Positions 36,154 through 37,045 of a DNA stretch of 37,045 nt are shown one piece after another (positions within the stretch are counted from its first letter, which is position 1; the number at the start of each line of letters is the position of its first letter). The DNA is from Octopus bimaculoides (Eukaryota): contig NC_069004.1 of assembly GCF_001194135.2 (NCBI RefSeq), positions 7,769,514 to 7,806,558 on the forward strand, read 5' to 3'. A program made the translations under genes and the position numbers. The notes beneath the pieces are model-generated. The model did not search any database. It worked only from the letters and a program-made list of their open reading frames with translations, and had not been told where the DNA came from.

Positions 36154-36609
36154 AATGGTTTGTTTTTTTTTGGCATGTAAAAGTGAGATATGCCAGTTTG
36201 GAGACAAATTTACACTGTCAATGCAGAGAGTAGGAAAACATTGATGAAATATGCAAAAAGGAATTGCTTACTCATGAAGTAGCGAAAAAAAAATCATTGT
36301 TATATAATTCAAAATTCCATGTTTGCATTTATACGTATGCACAGAAAGACGATGTGCATACTCACTAAAGAGAGGGTATATTTCTCCATAAATATGTGTG
36401 TATTGTGAAAATTCTAACAGTTACCTTGATTTAGAACAAAAAAAAAAACACAGATGATAATACAGAATGTTGTTAGTGGTACCTTTTGCGCGCTCCTCTA
36501 TTAGATTTGATGAATTTTATGGGGGATTAATTGAACAGTACAAAGTGTGCATTGGCTTTCTGTATTTCTCATAGGAATCCTGTTTTTGTATATTATCTAA
36601 TAATAATCC

Positions 36610-37045
36610 TTCCTGCTAAAAGCACAAAGCTTGAAATTTGTGAGGATAGGGCTCACCTGGTAGATATTTTTGCGATTCCGATAGGATGAAAGGCATAGTC
36701 GACCCCGGTGGAATTAGAAGCATTTCGTCAGGCGTACTAACGATTCTTATTTCTTTACTGCCCACAAGGGGCTACACACAGATGGGACAAACAAGGACAG
36801 ACAAACGGATTAAGATGATTATATCGACCCCAGTCCGTAACTGGTACTTATTTAATCGACCCCGAAAGGATGAAAGGCAAAGTCGACCTCGGCGAATTTG
36901 AACTCAGAACGTAGCGGCAGACGAAATACCGATAAGCATTTCACCCGGCGTGCTAACGATTCTGCCAGCTCGCTTCCTTAATAATTTCAAATTTTGGCAC
37001 AGAACCATAGCTTTTTTAAGGAGTGAGGGAGGTCGATTACATTCA
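36610..37045 (-). mobile_element. SINE family A cluster: deleted copy 36610-36746, well-preserved tail-B copy 36747-36980, next tail 36990-end
   Basis: Direct similarity to the other family A copies. Confidence 0.9.

Overview
AT-rich animal genomic DNA from a gapped draft assembly, with 11 N-runs totalling about 3.9 kb, most flanked by (TA)n. From the SINE families and microsatellite density I infer an octopus (coleoid cephalopod) genome; this is recognition from memory, not a database result. I find no supportable intact protein-coding gene: nearly all ORF-track entries are translations of microsatellites or N gaps. The window is intergenic or intronic and contains many copies of at least three tRNA-derived SINE families, including a head-to-tail pile-up at 13.2-15.0 kb. 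It also holds three clearly recognisable dead transposon coding remnants on the minus strand: a CR1/L2-type RT (1.0-2.0 kb), an L1/Tx1-type AP endonuclease (25.5-26.8 kb) and a hAT transposase (34.1-35.5 kb). A Helentron/DINE-1-like element and a probable Penelope-like fragment are also present. The most interesting signal is three hammerhead-ribozyme-like motifs: a type I fold with a complete catalytic core and GUA cleavage triplet in apparently unique sequence (6752-6839, +), a degenerate minimal Penelope-type motif (8553-8588, +), and a core plus perfect stem II with a defective cleavage site (20428-20502, -). None has been tested for activity.
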